Source of the DNA: an uncultured bacterium
Lineage (GTDB): Bacteria > Desulfobacterota_D > UBA1144 > Nemesobacterales > UBA2774
DNA: 64,000 nt
NCBI GenBank assembly: GCA_963825135.1
Contig: CAWGRW010000009.1
Coordinates: 2,496,001-2,560,000 of the forward strand
Direction of reading: 5' to 3'
This document shows positions 1 to 11,949 of the stretch, one piece after another. The notes beneath the pieces were generated by a model. The model was not told where the DNA came from. It was given only the letters and a program-made list of their open reading frames with translations, and searched no databases. A program made the position numbers and the translations under genes. How positions within the stretch are numbered: position 1 is the stretch's first letter; each line of letters starts with the position of its first letter.

Positions 1-699
1 AACGGCGTTATTCAGAAGGCCGTAAGGGAATTGAAGAAGAAGGCTAAGGGACTCGTGGTCATTACGGACGTCTGCATGTGCGAATACACAAGCCACGGGC
101 ACTGCGGCATTATTAAGCATGGCGATGTGGATAACGACGAGACTATAGAGTGCCTCGCCAAAATGGCCCTCTCTCACGCGGAGGCCGGGGCCGATATGGT
201 GGCGCCTTCCGATATGATGGACGGACGCGTGGGTGTCATCAGGGACGCGCTCGACGATAACGGCTTCGAGAGCCTGCCGATAATGGCCTATTCAGCGAAG
301 TACGCATCTTCCTTTTACGGTCCTTTCAGGGAGGCTGCGGAGTCCCCTCCCCAGTTCGGGGACAGGAAGGGCTACCAGATGGACCGCCGGAACGTCAGGG
401 AAGCGCTGAGGGAGATCGCTCTCGATATAGACGAAGGTGCGGATATCGTGATGATAAAGCCCGCGCTTTCCTATCTCGATGTCATCAGGGCCGCGAGGGA
501 GGAGTTCGACCACCCTGTCGCCGCATATAACGTGAGCGGGGAGTACTCTATGGTCAAGGCCGCGGGGCGCATGGGGTGGATAGACGAAGCGGAGGTCATG
601 ATGGAGATACTGACAAGCATCAAGAGGGCCGGGGCCGATCTCATAATCACCTACCACGCAGTGGAAGCGGCGAGGCTTCTTAACGGGTCGCGGAAATAA
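1..699 (+). CDS. hemB: Porphobilinogen synthase (ALA dehydratase), 5'-truncated by the window edge
   Basis: [14 protein letters not shown] zinc motif, [16 protein letters not shown] and MIKPA catalytic Lys; frame is open from base 1. Confidence 0.97.
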   Translation, partial: NGVIQKAVRELKKKAKGLVVITDVCMCEYTSHGHCGIIKHGDVDNDETIECLAKMALSHAEAGADMVAPSDMMDGRVGVIRDALDDNGFESLPIMAYSAKYASSFYGPFREAAESPPQFGDRKGYQMDRRNVREALREIALDIDEGADIVMIKPALSYLDVIRAAREEFDHPVAAYNVSGEYSMVKAAGRMGWIDEAEVMMEILTSIKRAGADLIITYHAVEAARLLNGSRK

Positions 700-701
700 C
701 T

Positions 702-905
702 ATGGAATACACGAGCTACAAGGTGGTCGAGGTCGCGGTCGTTACCGACGAGGAGCTTGAGAAGGTAATAAACAGGTGGGTCGGCGAGGGCTGGGTGTTA
801 GACGGCATACACTTCGCCATGAGGGAGTCATCGAGACGGCCTTCCATGGCTTTCGTCGTATTCGCTTCAAATAAGAGCGAACCCATAAAGAACCACAGCT
901 CTTAG
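702..905 (+). CDS. Small DUF4177-like protein
   Basis: YKVVEV...LEKVINRWVGEGWVL pattern; starts 2 nt after hemB stop. Confidence 0.7.
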   Translation: MEYTSYKVVEVAVVTDEELEKVINRWVGEGWVLDGIHFAMRESSRRPSMAFVVFASNKSEPIKNHSS

Positions 906-969
906 ACGGGGACTATGCTGCCCCGGCTAAGGAGCGCCGCTCTTTTCGCCGATATGTTTATCCCCGGGT

Positions 970-1695
970 TCAGGGTTTTTTGCCGAGGGCCCTTTCTATC
1001 GCCGTGAGGTCGCTTATCCTGTCCATCCCGCGCACGCTCTCGTACTCCCCTTCCCTGTCGAGGAGGAGCGCCCTGATGCCAAGCGCCCTCGCCCCGTGGA
1101 AGTCGTTCTGGAGGTCGTCCCCGACGTGTATGACCTCGCGTGACTTCCTGCCCGTGCGCTCGAGCGCCATCGAGAATATCCCGTGTGAGGGCTTGGCGTG
1201 ACCCGCTTCGCTCGATATCACGAACACGTCGAAGTACTCGTAGATTCCCAATTCCTTCATGACGTCGTAAACCCGCGAGTCGAAGTTGGATATGATGCCT
1301 AGGGTGTAGCCCGCGCCCTTGAGAGAGGACAATACCTCGGCGGTCTCGGGAAAGAGCGTCCACGCCCCCCCTCTGAATACCTCGAAGAGCTCGTCGAAGT
1401 GGGGGTCGAATTCGTCGAACATTCCGATCTCGCCGTACACACTCTGTACTATCGCGCGCCACCACTGCTTCTCGAGCCTCTTCCTTTCTTCCGGAGTAAC
1501 GTTTCCGAAAGCGAGCGGGGGGGCAGATTTGAACGCGCGGGAGAAGGCCTGTTTAATGTCGGACGGGTCCGGGTCCGCGCCGTACTTCCTCGCGACCTCG
1601 GCGTAGGTATGGCCGAGCCCGCGCCTTATGTAAAAGAGCGTATCGGCAGCGTCAAAAAAAATAGTTTTTATTTTGTCCTTTCTCATGTCCCGCAC
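970..1695 (-). CDS. HAD-superfamily IA hydrolase (REG-2-like)
   Basis: FFDAADTL motif I, ISNFD motif II, KP, HVGDDLQND motif IV; start may be at 1686. Confidence 0.9.
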   Translation of the reverse strand: MRDMRKDKIKTIFFDAADTLFYIRRGLGHTYAEVARKYGADPDPSDIKQAFSRAFKSAPPLAFGNVTPEERKRLEKQWWRAIVQSVYGEIGMFDEFDPHFDELFEVFRGGAWTLFPETAEVLSSLKGAGYTLGIISNFDSRVYDVMKELGIYEYFDVFVISSEAGHAKPSHGIFSMALERTGRKSREVIHVGDDLQNDFHGARALGIRALLLDREGEYESVRGMDRISDLTAIERALGKKP

Positions 1696-1750
1696 CGTTT
1701 TGAGTGAACGGGGATTTAATATACACTCTATTTTTAAAGGGAGTAATAGA

Positions 1751-2140
1751 GTGGCCGATAATAACTATCGAGTGTACGCGGTAGCCATAATGGACGATAT
1801 TTTCTTCGCTTCGAAGATCAGGGAAGCCGCCTCCTCCGCCGGGCTGGATATCGAATTCATAAAAGGAGCGGACGAGCTTGCGGCAACGGTCTTCCCGGGG
1901 ACGCCTTCCCTGGTGATCGTCGACCTCGGGAACAAAAAAATAAACGCCATGCAGTTAATCGGGGCAATAAAGGGCCGGGACGACCTCAAGGGCGCGCGGG
2001 TTATAGGCTACCTGCCCCATGTCGAGAAAGGGCTCATGAATGCTGCGCTCGACGCCGGATACGATATTGTCCTTCCGAGGTCGAGGTTCTCTTTAGAATT
2101 GATAGAGATACTCTCGGGCATTGCCGCCGTTTACGATTAA
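1751..2140 (+). CDS. Stand-alone CheY-like receiver domain protein (atypical)
   Basis: MDD acidic pair and LVIVDL Asp; conserved Lys replaced (VLPRS); GTG start at 1751 inferred. Confidence 0.65.
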   Translation: MADNNYRVYAVAIMDDIFFASKIREAASSAGLDIEFIKGADELAATVFPGTPSLVIVDLGNKKINAMQLIGAIKGRDDLKGARVIGYLPHVEKGLMNAALDAGYDIVLPRSRFSLELIEILSGIAAVYD

Positions 2141-2152
2141 ACCCTTTCCGGC

Positions 2153-5100
2153 TCAGTAGCCGAGATTGGGCCTGAGCCACTTCTCGACTTCCGCGAGGGT
2201 CATTTGCTTTCGCCCCGCGTAGTCCTCCGCCTGGTCCCTGTCTATCTCTCCGACGTGAAAATACTTCGCCTTCGGGTGGGCGAAATAAAGACCGGCGACG
2301 GAGCTCGGAGGGTATATGGCGTAGTTCTCCGTGAGCCTTGCGCCTATGTTCTTCTCCGCGTCCAGGAGCCTCCACAACGTTTCCTTCTCCGTGTGGTCCG
2401 GACACGCGGGATAACCGGGAGCCGGTCTTATGCCCCTGTACTTTTCCTTGCTCATATCCTCGTACGAGAGGTTTTCGCTTTTTCCGTAGCCCCAGTTCTC
2501 GCGCGCTTTTTTATGCATCATCTCGGCAAGCGCCTCGGCTATCCTGTCCCCGAGGGCCTGCACCATTATCGCGGAGTAATCGTCGTGCTTCTCCTTGAAG
2601 TACCCGGCGTATTGCTCGACCCCCTCGCCGGCCGTGACGGCGAACCCGCCCAGATAGTCCTCCCGCCCCGAATCCGCCGGCGCTACGAAATCGGCCAGGC
2701 ATAGGTATTTCTCGTTCTTCCCCCTGTCCTTCTGCTGGCGGAGGAAGTGGAGCACCGCTATGGCGCGGGTCCGGGTGTTGTCGGAGTAAACCTCGACGTC
2801 GTCCCCTTTTCTTCCCGCGGGCCAGAACGCGAGCACCGCTTTCGGCCTGAACCTTTTTTCGGCGATTATTCGTTTCAGGAGCTTTTGAGCGTCGTCGAAG
2901 AGGCTCTTCGCCTGCTTGCCCCATTTCTTGTGCTCGAGTATCTTCGGGTATTGCCCCTTGAGCTCCCACACCCAGAAGAACGGCGACCAGTCTATGAACG
3001 GTATGACGAATTCGAGGTCTATGTGGTCGAATACCTGGACCCCGAGCTTTTCAGGCGCGTCGATTCCGGCTTTCTTCCAATCGTCTGTAAACCCCTTAGC
3101 CCTCGCCCTGTCTATCGCGAGGTATCCCGTCTTCAGCTTCGATCTCTCGTGGAGCTTTCTAAGCTCGTCGTGACGCTTTGCCTGCTCCCTTACGAATTCC
3201 CCGTGCTTCTCGGGGTTGAGCAGGTCGTTGCACACACCCACGACGAGGGAGGCGTCGAGCACGTGGCTCACGACGCCGCTGTAGTGGGGGGCTATTTTTA
3301 TCGCCGTATGGGCCTTGCTCGTTGTGGCTCCCCCTATGAGGAGCGGGGTACTGAACCCCTGCCTCTCCATCTCGGAGGCGTTATGGACCATCTCGTCGAG
3401 CGAAGGGGTGATGAGGCCGCTCAATCCGATGATATTCGCGTCCACTTCCTTCGCCTTTTTCAGAATATTCTCGCAGGGGACCATCACGCCCAGATCAAAA
3501 ACCTCGTAATTATTGCAGCCCAGCACCACGGAGACGATGTTTTTTCCTATATCGTGGACGTCCCCCTTGACCGTCGCGATGACGAATTTTCCCCTTACCC
3601 TGCCGCCGCCTGATTTCAGCTTCTCGGCTTCCATGAAGGGCTCGAGCCAGGCGACAGCCTTTTTCATTACGCGGGCGCTCTTCACCACCTGGGGGAGGAA
3701 CATCTTCCCCTCGCCGAAGAGCTTTCCCACCACTTTCATGCCGTCCATCAGCGGGCCCTCGATCACGTCGAGGGGTTTCGCGTACTTAAGCCGCGCTTCT
3801 TCGGTGTCCTTCTCTATAAATGCGTCTATACCCTTGACGAGGGCATGAGAGAGCCGCTCTTCGACGCTCCCCTCCCTCCAGGTTTCCGTTTCTTTCTCTT
3901 TGATCTCGCCCGTGCCTTTGATCTTCTCGGCGTACTCTATCAGTATCTCAGTGGCTTCAGGTTTTCTGTTGAGGAGCACGTCTTCTACCTTTTGAAGGAG
4001 ATCCTTGTCTATTTCCTCGTACACCTCGAGCATCCCGGCGTTCACTATGGCCATGTCGAGGCCGGCGTTAATAGCATGGTAGAGGAAAGCGCTGTGCATA
4101 GCCTCCCTGACGAGGTTGTTCCCGCGGAACGAAAACGATATGTTGCTTATGCCGCCGCTCGTTTTCGCGCCCGGGCACGAGGCCTTAATTTCCTTTACGG
4201 ATTCTATGAAATCGAGCGCGTAGTTATTGTGCTCCTCTATCCCCGTCGCAACGGTGAGGACGTTGGGGTCGAATATTATGTCGCAGGGGTCCATGCCTAC
4301 CTTCTCTGTGAGGAGTTTATACGCCCTGCCGCATATCCTCACCTTGTCGTCTTTGGTAGCCGCCTGCCCTTCCTCGTCAAACGCCATCACCACGGCCGCC
4401 GCCCCGTAACGCATCACCTTCCTCGCCTGCTCCAGGAACTTGGCCTCCCCTTCTTTGAGGCTGATGGAGTTGACTATGCACTTGCCCTGGATGCACTTGA
4501 GGCCGGCCTCTATTACGGAGAACTTGGAGCTGTCTATCATTACCGGTACGCGCGATATGTCGGGCTCGGACGCGATGAGGTTCATGAAACGCGTCATGCA
4601 CGCCTCGCCGTCGAGCAGTGCTTCGTCGAAGTTTACGTCGATGACGTTGGCTCCGTTCTCGACCTGCTGCTTCGCCACGGCGAGCGCCCCTTCAAAATCG
4701 TCTTCCTTAATGAGCTTCGCGAACCTGGGGGAGCCGGTCACGTTGGTCCTCTCCCCTACCATGATGAAAGGCGCGTCTTTTCCCAGGTTAAGCGCTTCGA
4801 GTCCGCTCAGCCGTGTCGCGGGAGCGATTTCCGGGACCCGGCGGGGCGGGTACTTGGCGACTTTCTCAGCGATCGCCCTTATGTGCTCGGGCGTCGTGCC
4901 GCAGCACCCGCCCACGATGTTGAGAAACCCGCTCGCGGCGAAATCTTCGAGGTACGAAGATGTATCGGCCGGGGTCTGGTCGTACCCGGTCTCGCTCAGC
5001 GGATTGGGGAGCCCGGCGTTCGGGTAGCAGCTGACGAAGCAGTCCGCTATCCTCGAGAGCTCTTCTAAGTACGGGCGCATCTCCGCGGCCCCGAGGGCGC

Positions 5101-5851
5101 AGTTTATGCCCACGCTCATGGGCCTGGCGTGCCTGACCGAATTCCAGAACGCCTCGAGCGTCTGACCGGAGAGAGTCCTCCCGGAGGCGTCCGTGATGGT
5201 TACGGACAGCATCAGGGGGAGGCGCACCGGGTGCTCGTCGAGGAACCTGAATATTCCGTAGATCGCGGCCTTCAGGTTGAGCGTGTCGAACGTCGTCTCG
5301 GCGAGTATGATGTCGATACCCCCGGCGGCGAGTCCCGTTAGCTGCTCGTAGTATGCCTCGACTAGTTCGTCGAATGTGACGCCCCTTACCGCAGGGTCGC
5401 CCACATCGGGGGAGATGGACGCGGATTTGGTCGTCGGGCCGAGCGCTCCGGCGACGAAGCATTTGCGGCCCGGGTGTTCGGACATGAACTCGTCAGCCGT
5501 TTTTCTGGCGAGTCTCGCGGCGGCCTTATTCAATTCAAAAACGATCCCCTCGAGCTTGTAGTCCGCCTGGGAGATGCGGTTCGCGTTAAACGTATTGGTC
5601 TCGATTATATCGGCGCCCGCTTCGAGATAGCTCCGGTGTATGTCGGATATAATGTCGGGTCTCGTCAGGCACAGGAGGTCGTTATCGCCCTTGAGCTCCA
5701 TCGGGTGGTCTCTAAATATTTCCCCCCGGAAGTCCGGCTCCCCGAGCTTGTGGCGCTGTATCATAGTGCCCATTGCGCCGTCTATAAAGAGTATCCGCTC
5801 GGAGAGGAGTGCTCTCAGTGCTTTAAGCTGTTCCGATTCCTTTATAATCAT
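2153..5851 (-). CDS. metH: Cobalamin-dependent methionine synthase
   Basis: [33 protein letters not shown]12-binding motif, [12 protein letters not shown] reactivation domain; 1232 aa. Confidence 0.98.
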   Translation of the reverse strand: MIIKESEQLKALRALLSERILFIDGAMGTMIQRHKLGEPDFRGEIFRDHPMELKGDNDLLCLTRPDIISDIHRSYLEAGADIIETNTFNANRISQADYKLEGIVFELNKAAARLARKTADEFMSEHPGRKCFVAGALGPTTKSASISPDVGDPAVRGVTFDELVEAYYEQLTGLAAGGIDIILAETTFDTLNLKAAIYGIFRFLDEHPVRLPLMLSVTITDASGRTLSGQTLEAFWNSVRHARPMSVGINCALGAAEMRPYLEELSRIADCFVSCYPNAGLPNPLSETGYDQTPADTSSYLEDFAASGFLNIVGGCCGTTPEHIRAIAEKVAKYPPRRVPEIAPATRLSGLEALNLGKDAPFIMVGERTNVTGSPRFAKLIKEDDFEGALAVAKQQVENGANVIDVNFDEALLDGEACMTRFMNLIASEPDISRVPVMIDSSKFSVIEAGLKCIQGKCIVNSISLKEGEAKFLEQARKVMRYGAAAVVMAFDEEGQAATKDDKVRICGRAYKLLTEKVGMDPCDIIFDPNVLTVATGIEEHNNYALDFIESVKEIKASCPGAKTSGGISNISFSFRGNNLVREAMHSAFLYHAINAGLDMAIVNAGMLEVYEEIDKDLLQKVEDVLLNRKPEATEILIEYAEKIKGTGEIKEKETETWREGSVEERLSHALVKGIDAFIEKDTEEARLKYAKPLDVIEGPLMDGMKVVGKLFGEGKMFLPQVVKSARVMKKAVAWLEPFMEAEKLKSGGGRVRGKFVIATVKGDVHDIGKNIVSVVLGCNNYEVFDLGVMVPCENILKKAKEVDANIIGLSGLITPSLDEMVHNASEMERQGFSTPLLIGGATTSKAHTAIKIAPHYSGVVSHVLDASLVVGVCNDLLNPEKHGEFVREQAKRHDELRKLHERSKLKTGYLAIDRARAKGFTDDWKKAGIDAPEKLGVQVFDHIDLEFVIPFIDWSPFFWVWELKGQYPKILEHKKWGKQAKSLFDDAQKLLKRIIAEKRFRPKAVLAFWPAGRKGDDVEVYSDNTRTRAIAVLHFLRQQKDRGKNEKYLCLADFVAPADSGREDYLGGFAVTAGEGVEQYAGYFKEKHDDYSAIMVQALGDRIAEALAEMMHKKARENWGYGKSENLSYEDMSKEKYRGIRPAPGYPACPDHTEKETLWRLLDAEKNIGARLTENYAIYPPSSVAGLYFAHPKAKYFHVGEIDRDQAEDYAGRKQMTLAEVEKWLRPNLGY

Positions 5852-5908
5852 AAGGCATTATTATACCAAATCGGTTTTTCCGCGGTAGCTTCGGGGCGAA
5901 GGGGGCTT

Positions 5909-6715
5909 TCACTTCCACTCGTCTCTAAGTCGCCTGAGCTCTACGAAATAAGAGGCATTGGAGTCTCCGAGGTCCGGGTTTCTTTTTCTGAGCTCTTTCG
6001 TTAACCCGGGGGAATCGTAGCGGAGGAAGGGGTTGTATTTCTTTTCCTCGGATATTGTCGTCGGCGCGGGTTCTTTTCCTTTAGACCGCAATTTTTCGAT
6101 TTGATTCAGCTTTTTCGCCGCCTCCCTGTTCCCGGGTTCGAGGTCGAGCGCGAACCTCAGATTCGGCGCAGAGTAATCGTGTCCCGGGAGTATGCGGAGA
6201 CTCTCGGGGAGCGTGCGTATCCTGGTCTCCATGGTTTTAAAAAGCTCGCTGGCGTCCCCCCTGTGTTTCAGATTCCCGGTGCCTGCGAGATAGAGCGTGT
6301 CCCCCGAAAATACGTATTCCCCCATGATAAGTATCATATGCTCCGGGCAGTGTCCGGGGGTATGTACCGCTCTCAGGCTCGATCTCCCTACTTCGATCGT
6401 ATCCCCGTCGTTCACGGCGCTTGACCTCGGGGAAACCATATCCCTTCCCAGTGGATGCACGAGTATCTCGGACATAGTCACTTTGAGTATCGGGTCGTTC
6501 CCCTTTGTATGGTCGGGGTGGCAGTGCGTGTTGATTATGTATTTAACGCTGAGCCCGCGATGCCTAACGAAATTCAGTATCGTAACGGGGTCGAACGGGT
6601 CTATTACAGCGCATTCGGAGGTCTCGGGGCACCAGACTACATAGTTATAGTTGCTGTCGCTTTCGGGCGCCCTTAACCTTGCGATTCCATAACCGTTTCC
6701 GGAGTATACATCCAT
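5909..6715 (-). CDS. gloB: Hydroxyacylglutathione hydrolase (glyoxalase II) family metallo-beta-lactamase
   Basis: THCHPDH, TPGH, SGDTL, PGHDY, EKKYNPFLR and LRRLRDEW motifs. Confidence 0.8.
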   Translation of the reverse strand: MDVYSGNGYGIARLRAPESDSNYNYVVWCPETSECAVIDPFDPVTILNFVRHRGLSVKYIINTHCHPDHTKGNDPILKVTMSEILVHPLGRDMVSPRSSAVNDGDTIEVGRSSLRAVHTPGHCPEHMILIMGEYVFSGDTLYLAGTGNLKHRGDASELFKTMETRIRTLPESLRILPGHDYSAPNLRFALDLEPGNREAAKKLNQIEKLRSKGKEPAPTTISEEKKYNPFLRYDSPGLTKELRKRNPDLGDSNASYFVELRRLRDEWK

Positions 6716-6882
6716 TCTCTCTTGTTCCCTCGCAATTTATCCGCCCCCTTGCGGCCGGGGACCAGGTAACTATTATGCCATATTACTATTCATATTAATT
6801 TAACGGGTAGGGTAAAATATAGACCACGTGAAATATTATATTCAATTCTCGAACGAACATAGATGAGTAAAGGGGACGGATA

Positions 6883-7317
6883 TTGAGACCGGAGAGAGTT
6901 CCTTTGATTGCGGCTGTTTTGTTTTTGGCCCTGGCCGCGGGATGCAACAAGAAGCCTGAATACGTGCCGGGGATGAGCGTGCAGGGGTTCAGGGCCTCTA
7001 TTTCGAAGATCCTGTTCTCCCCGATAGCCTTCGACGGGGCGACTGTAGCCGTAGAGGGGATAGTCGGGGCCGTGAGCGAGGTTAATCCGGACCGGGAAGA
7101 CGTCGTGACTAATTTCAGGCTGGTCGACTTAGACGGCAATTTTATAAATGTGGAGATGCCCGGCTCCTGGGAAATCGCCGAGGACGACTACATTATCGTC
7201 GGGGGCATTTATAGTAAAAACGGCAATATACTCGCGGCCGAGCAGTTCGAGAAAATAGTGCTCGAAGGGGACGACAAAGACCAGGACAAGGAAATTCAAA
7301 AGCGGGACAACTGGTAG
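6883..7317 (+). CDS. Hypothetical lipoprotein, possible OB-fold
   Basis: Lipobox LAAGC; beta-rich VxVEGIV pattern. Confidence 0.6.
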   Translation: MRPERVPLIAAVLFLALAAGCNKKPEYVPGMSVQGFRASISKILFSPIAFDGATVAVEGIVGAVSEVNPDREDVVTNFRLVDLDGNFINVEMPGSWEIAEDDYIIVGGIYSKNGNILAAEQFEKIVLEGDDKDQDKEIQKRDNW

Positions 7318-7406
7318 CGTGCGCCGGATGCGGGCTCCCGGCTTTGACATTACGCGGCTTAGAGGGTAACTTCTTTGATTTATTCAATATATATGTGGGA
7401 GATTTT

Positions 7407-8696
7407 ATGAGTTTCGTAAAGGGACTTAAGTGCAAGGAGTGCGGCGAGGAATATCCGAAAGAGCCCCTTCACGTCTGCGAGACGTGCTTCGGACCGCTCG
7501 AGGCTTCATACAATTACGACGGGATAAAGAAAGTCCTTACCAGGGAAACGATAGAGAGCAGAGACAGGAGCATCTGGAGGTACAAGGAGCTCCTGCCCGT
7601 GGATAAGGAACCCACGGTAGGGCTCAACGTGGGTTTTACGCCCCTCATCAGGGCCGAGAACCTTGGCCGGGCGCTCGGCGTAAGGGAGATATACGTAAAG
7701 AACGACGCCGTATGTTATCCCACGCTGTCGTTTAAGGACAGGGTCGTTTCGGTGGCCCTTTCCAAGGCTAAGGAATTCGGGTTCAAGACGGCGGCATGCG
7801 CCTCGACCGGGAACCTCGCGAACGCCGTCGCGTCCCTGACGGTTTCGGGGAACCTCGATAGCTACATATTCATCCCCTATGATCTGGAACAGGCAAAAAT
7901 AATCGGGACGACCATTTTTGGCGCAAATCTCATCGGAGTCAGGGGTACGTATGACGACGTCAACAGACTCTGCAGCGAGGTCGCCGGGAAATTCGGGTGG
8001 GCCTTCGTAAACATAAACATGAGGCCCTATTACGCCGAGGGCTCAAAATCGTTCGCTTTCGAGATGATGGAGCAGCTGGGCTGGCGCACTCCGAAGCACA
8101 TAGTGGTCCCTATGGCCAGCGGTTCTCTCCTGACCAAGGTCTGGAAGGCTATAAAGGAGTTCGAGACGCTGGGGCTGGTGGAGGAGAACGGTACGAAGAT
8201 CTACGGGGCTCAGGCGACGGGATGCTCTCCCATTACCACGGCTCTCAAGAACGACTGGGAGATATTCAAACCCGTGAAGCCCGACACCATAGCGAAATCT
8301 CTCGCTATCGGCACCCCTGCCGACGGGTTTTACGCGATGTGCGTTATGAGAGAGAGCGGGGGGTGGGGTGAGGACGTGACGGACGAGGAAATAATCGAAG
8401 GCATAAAGCTCCTGGCCGAGACCGAGGGCATATTCACAGAAACCGCGGGCGGGGTCACTATGGCAGTTACGAAAAAGCTCATACAGCAGGGAGTGATACC
8501 GAAGAACGAGTCCATTGTCGTTTCGATAACAGGGAACGGGTTAAAAACACAGGAGGCGATCGCCGACAGTGTGGCGCAACCTGTGATAATAGATCCGAGA
8601 CTTGAGGAATTTGAAGAGCTATATTTGAAACTAAAGGAACTTGAAGATAAAGGAGGTACGAAAGATGCCCTCTGTTCGCATTCCCACACCGCTTAG
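7407..8696 (+). CDS. thrC: Threonine synthase-like PLP enzyme (ThrC-2 type)
   Basis: N-terminal [13 protein letters not shown] zinc ribbon, [11 protein letters not shown]-Lys, ASTGN, TGNGLKT. Confidence 0.88.
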   Translation: MSFVKGLKCKECGEEYPKEPLHVCETCFGPLEASYNYDGIKKVLTRETIESRDRSIWRYKELLPVDKEPTVGLNVGFTPLIRAENLGRALGVREIYVKNDAVCYPTLSFKDRVVSVALSKAKEFGFKTAACASTGNLANAVASLTVSGNLDSYIFIPYDLEQAKIIGTTIFGANLIGVRGTYDDVNRLCSEVAGKFGWAFVNINMRPYYAEGSKSFAFEMMEQLGWRTPKHIVVPMASGSLLTKVWKAIKEFETLGLVEENGTKIYGAQATGCSPITTALKNDWEIFKPVKPDTIAKSLAIGTPADGFYAMCVMRESGGWGEDVTDEEIIEGIKLLAETEGIFTETAGGVTMAVTKKLIQQGVIPKNESIVVSITGNGLKTQEAIADSVAQPVIIDPRLEEFEELYLKLKELEDKGGTKDALCSHSHTA

Positions 8697-8940
8697 GAAG
8701 CTTACTTCGGACAAGGACGAGGTTACAATAAGCGCGGCCAGCATCGGCCAGCTGATCGACGAGATGGAAAGCCGGTATCCCGGAATTAAAAGCAGGCTTT
8801 GCGATGAATCGGGCAATGTCCGGAGATTCATCAACCTCTACGTCAATAACGAGGATATCAGGTTTTTAAACGGGAAGGATACCGCTCTTAATGAAGGGGA
8901 TATCGTATCTATAATTCCCGCCATTGCCGGCGGCTGCTGA
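8665..8940 (+). CDS. MoaD/ThiS/CysO-family ubiquitin-like sulfur carrier
   Basis: [22 protein letters not shown]-terminus [17 protein letters not shown] upstream. Confidence 0.9.
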   Translation: MPSVRIPTPLRKLTSDKDEVTISAASIGQLIDEMESRYPGIKSRLCDESGNVRRFINLYVNNEDIRFLNGKDTALNEGDIVSIIPAIAGGC

Positions 8941-8982
8941 TTACGCGCACGGGAAAACCGCGCCATGGCGCAAATCCCACAG

Positions 8983-10074
8983 TCACTTGATGATTTCGTG
9001 GAGCTTCGATACGAACCTCTTTACCATGGGGACGTTTTCCTCTTCGCTGGCCTTAGCGAATTCTTCGAGTAACAGCTGCTGCTTCTTATTGAGCTTCACG
9101 GGCACCTCCACCTGTATCTGTATGTAGAGGTCGCCGTGCCCCCTGCCTTCCATCATAGGGACGCCCTTTCCCCTGAGCCTGAAAGTCTGGCCCGACTGCG
9201 TGCCGGCCGGTATCTTGATGGTGCTCTTTCCCTTGGGCGTGGGTATCGCTATTTCGGCCCCCATAGCGGCCTGAACGAATAAGATGGGCACGGTGCAGTA
9301 GAGGTCCTGTTCTTCTCTTCTGAAAAGAGGGTGTTCCTCGACGTGTATTTCGATGTAGAGGTCGCCGTTAGGCCCTTCCAGGTATCCGCTGTCTCCCTCC
9401 CCCCGCATCCTCAGCCTTACACCGTCTGCGACCCCGGCGGGCACTTTAACCTTGACCTGATGATCCGAGGCGACGTACCTTTCCCCCCTGCAGCGGACGC
9501 ATACCTTAGTAATGCGCTTCCCGGTCCCTCCGCAGGTCGGGCATGCCCTCTTTATGGCGAAAAGCCCCTGGGAGTACCTGAGCTCTCCCCTTCCCCCGCA
9601 GCTGGTGCAGACGACTTCACCGCCCCGGGCCGCCCCGCTGCCCCCGCATTCGCGGCACCTTTCGCGGCGCGGTATATTGAGCTCCCTTTCACACCCCTCT
9701 ATGGCTTCGTCGAAGGTAAGCTCGAGCGAGTACTTGAGGTCCCTGCCCTTACGCGACTTCTCGGCGCTACCGGCGTTGAAGACCTCTTCAAAAAGACTTC
9801 CGAATATGTCGCCGAAGCCCGATTCGAAATCGATGTCGGTGAACATTCCTTCCGCCGATATATGGCCGAAGCTGTCGTACCGCGCCCTTTTGTTAGGGTC
9901 GCTCAGGACCTGATAGGCTTCGTTGATTTGCTTGAATTTATCCTCGGCTTCGGGGTTGCCGGGGTTTCTGTCCGGGTGGAATTCGAAAGCGAGTCTCTTG
10001 TATGACCTTTTTACTTCCTCTACGGTGGAGTTGCGCTCTATCTGTAAGATTTCATAGTAATCAATACTTGCCAT
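8983..10074 (-). CDS. dnaJ: Chaperone DnaJ
   Basis: J-domain with HPD, four CxxCxGxG-type repeats (last degenerate), C-terminal domain. Confidence 0.96.
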   Translation of the reverse strand: MASIDYYEILQIERNSTVEEVKRSYKRLAFEFHPDRNPGNPEAEDKFKQINEAYQVLSDPNKRARYDSFGHISAEGMFTDIDFESGFGDIFGSLFEEVFNAGSAEKSRKGRDLKYSLELTFDEAIEGCERELNIPRRERCRECGGSGAARGGEVVCTSCGGRGELRYSQGLFAIKRACPTCGGTGKRITKVCVRCRGERYVASDHQVKVKVPAGVADGVRLRMRGEGDSGYLEGPNGDLYIEIHVEEHPLFRREEQDLYCTVPILFVQAAMGAEIAIPTPKGKSTIKIPAGTQSGQTFRLRGKGVPMMEGRGHGDLYIQIQVEVPVKLNKKQQLLLEEFAKASEEENVPMVKRFVSKLHEIIK

Positions 10075-10095
10075 TGATAACGAATCCGTAGAAGG

Positions 10096-11931
10096 TTACT
10101 CGTTGCCGCCGTGCGCTTCGGTATTTTTCTCCTGTTTGGAGTATATGACCTCGGCGAACCTGTATGAAGCCTCTTTTAGCTCCTCGAATACTTCCTTTAT
10201 CAATACGTAATCGGCGCCGGTGAGGGCTTCTCTCATTTTCTCGACGGATTGCTCGATCTTTGAGCGGAGATCGGAATCTACCTTGTCCCCGTAGGAATCG
10301 ATCGTCCTGATGACCGAATAAAGCAGGCCCTCGGCTTCGTTTTTGAGAAGCGCGACGTCTTTCCGTCTCTTGTCGGTGTCCGTGCTCTCTTTGCTCTCTT
10401 CTATTATCTTCTGTATCTCGTCGTCGGACAATCCGCCCGAAGTTACCACCTGTATAGCCTGTTTCTTTCCGGTCCCGAGGTCCTTCGCGGACACGTGCAG
10501 TATTCCGTCCGCATCGACTTCGAAAGATACCTCTATCTGGGGAATGCCCCTCGGCGCGGGCGGTATTCCGATGAGGTTAAAGTTGGCAAGCGATATATTG
10601 CCGTCAACGAGGTCCCTTTCCCCCTGCAGTACGTGGATACCGACGAACTCCTGGTTGTCGAAAGCCGTCGTGAAAATCCTGCTCCGCTTTGTCGGAATCG
10701 TGGTGTTTCTTTCTATAATTTTGGTGAACAGGCCCCCTCTTGTCTCGACTCCGAGTGAGAGCGGTACTACGTCCAGCAGCAAGACCTCTTCCACTTTCCC
10801 CTCGAGGACTCCCCCCTGTATGGAGGCTCCGATAGCCACGACCTCTTCGGGGTTTATGCGTGTCTGGGGTTCTTTCTTGAATATGTCTCTGACTTTATCC
10901 TTAATTCTCGGCATCCTGGTCATTCCGCCGACAAGGACGACCTCCTCGATCTCGGACGGATTGAGCCTCGCGTCCTGGAGCGCTTGCTTGCACGGGATTT
11001 CGAGCCTGTCTACGAGGTCGCTGACCAGGTGCTCGAACTCGTCCCTTGTAATCTTGTAATTGAGGTGCTTGGGGCCCGTCTGGTCTACCGCAATGAACGG
11101 CAGGTTAATCGTCGTCTCCTGGACGGAGGAGAGCTCGTGTTTCGCCTTTTCACAGGTCTCCCGTATCCTCTGAAGCGCCATCTTGTCGTCTCTCAGGTCT
11201 ATCTCGTGCTGCTTTCTGAAGTCCTCGAGCACCAGTTCTATGAGCAGCTGGTCGAAATCGTCCCCCCCGAGGAACGTGTCTCCGCTCGTGGATTTAACCT
11301 CGAAGACTCCGTTGGCTATTTCCAGGATCGTTATATCGAATGTGCCTCCGCCGAGGTCGAAAACGGCAATTTTTTTATTCTCCGTTTTTTCGAACCCGTA
11401 GGCGAGCGCCGCTGCCGTGGGCTCGTTAATAATGCGCCTTACGTTAAGTCCTGCTATGCGCCCCGCGTCCTTTGTCGCCTGCCGCTGGAGGTCGTTGAAA
11501 TGTGCCGGGACGGTGATCACGGCGTCGGTTACCTCGTATCCGAGATACTCCTCGGCGACCTGCTTCATCTTTAACAGGACTATGGATGATATTTCCTGCG
11601 GGCCGTACATCCTTGCGTTGGTCTCTATCCAGGCGTCTCCGGACTCGTTGGGCACTATATCGTAGGGCACTATGCCCATTGCCTTCTGAACTTCGGGAGA
11701 GTCGAACCTCCTGCCGATGAGCCGCTTCACGCCGAATATGGTGGTAGTGGGGTTCACCACCGCCTGCCTCTTTGCGACCGCGCCCGCGAAACGGCTGTTG
11801 TCCTCCGTGAAGGCTACTACCGATGGGGTGACCCTGCTGCCTTCCTCGTTCGGTATGACGACCGGGCTCCCTCCCTCGATTATGGCGACGCATGAGTTGG
11901 TTGTTCCGAGATCTATCCCTACTATAGCCAT
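10096..11931 (-). CDS. dnaK: Hsp70 DnaK, divergent paralog 1
   Basis: [28 protein letters not shown] linker; 611 aa. Confidence 0.95.
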   Translation of the reverse strand: MAIVGIDLGTTNSCVAIIEGGSPVVIPNEEGSRVTPSVVAFTEDNSRFAGAVAKRQAVVNPTTTIFGVKRLIGRRFDSPEVQKAMGIVPYDIVPNESGDAWIETNARMYGPQEISSIVLLKMKQVAEEYLGYEVTDAVITVPAHFNDLQRQATKDAGRIAGLNVRRIINEPTAAALAYGFEKTENKKIAVFDLGGGTFDITILEIANGVFEVKSTSGDTFLGGDDFDQLLIELVLEDFRKQHEIDLRDDKMALQRIRETCEKAKHELSSVQETTINLPFIAVDQTGPKHLNYKITRDEFEHLVSDLVDRLEIPCKQALQDARLNPSEIEEVVLVGGMTRMPRIKDKVRDIFKKEPQTRINPEEVVAIGASIQGGVLEGKVEEVLLLDVVPLSLGVETRGGLFTKIIERNTTIPTKRSRIFTTAFDNQEFVGIHVLQGERDLVDGNISLANFNLIGIPPAPRGIPQIEVSFEVDADGILHVSAKDLGTGKKQAIQVVTSGGLSDDEIQKIIEESKESTDTDKRRKDVALLKNEAEGLLYSVIRTIDSYGDKVDSDLRSKIEQSVEKMREALTGADYVLIKEVFEELKEASYRFAEVIYSKQEKNTEAHGGNE

Positions 11932-11949
11932 TTTAGCCTTCCGTCTATC

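Noticed and set aside
5852..5908. SAM or cobalamin riboswitch before metH
   Set aside because: Only 57 nt of intergenic space and no consensus elements.
8640..8696. thrC-carrier overlap as a programmed fusion
   Set aside because: The carrier has its own AGGAGG RBS, and the thrC tail may result from an indel error like others in this window.
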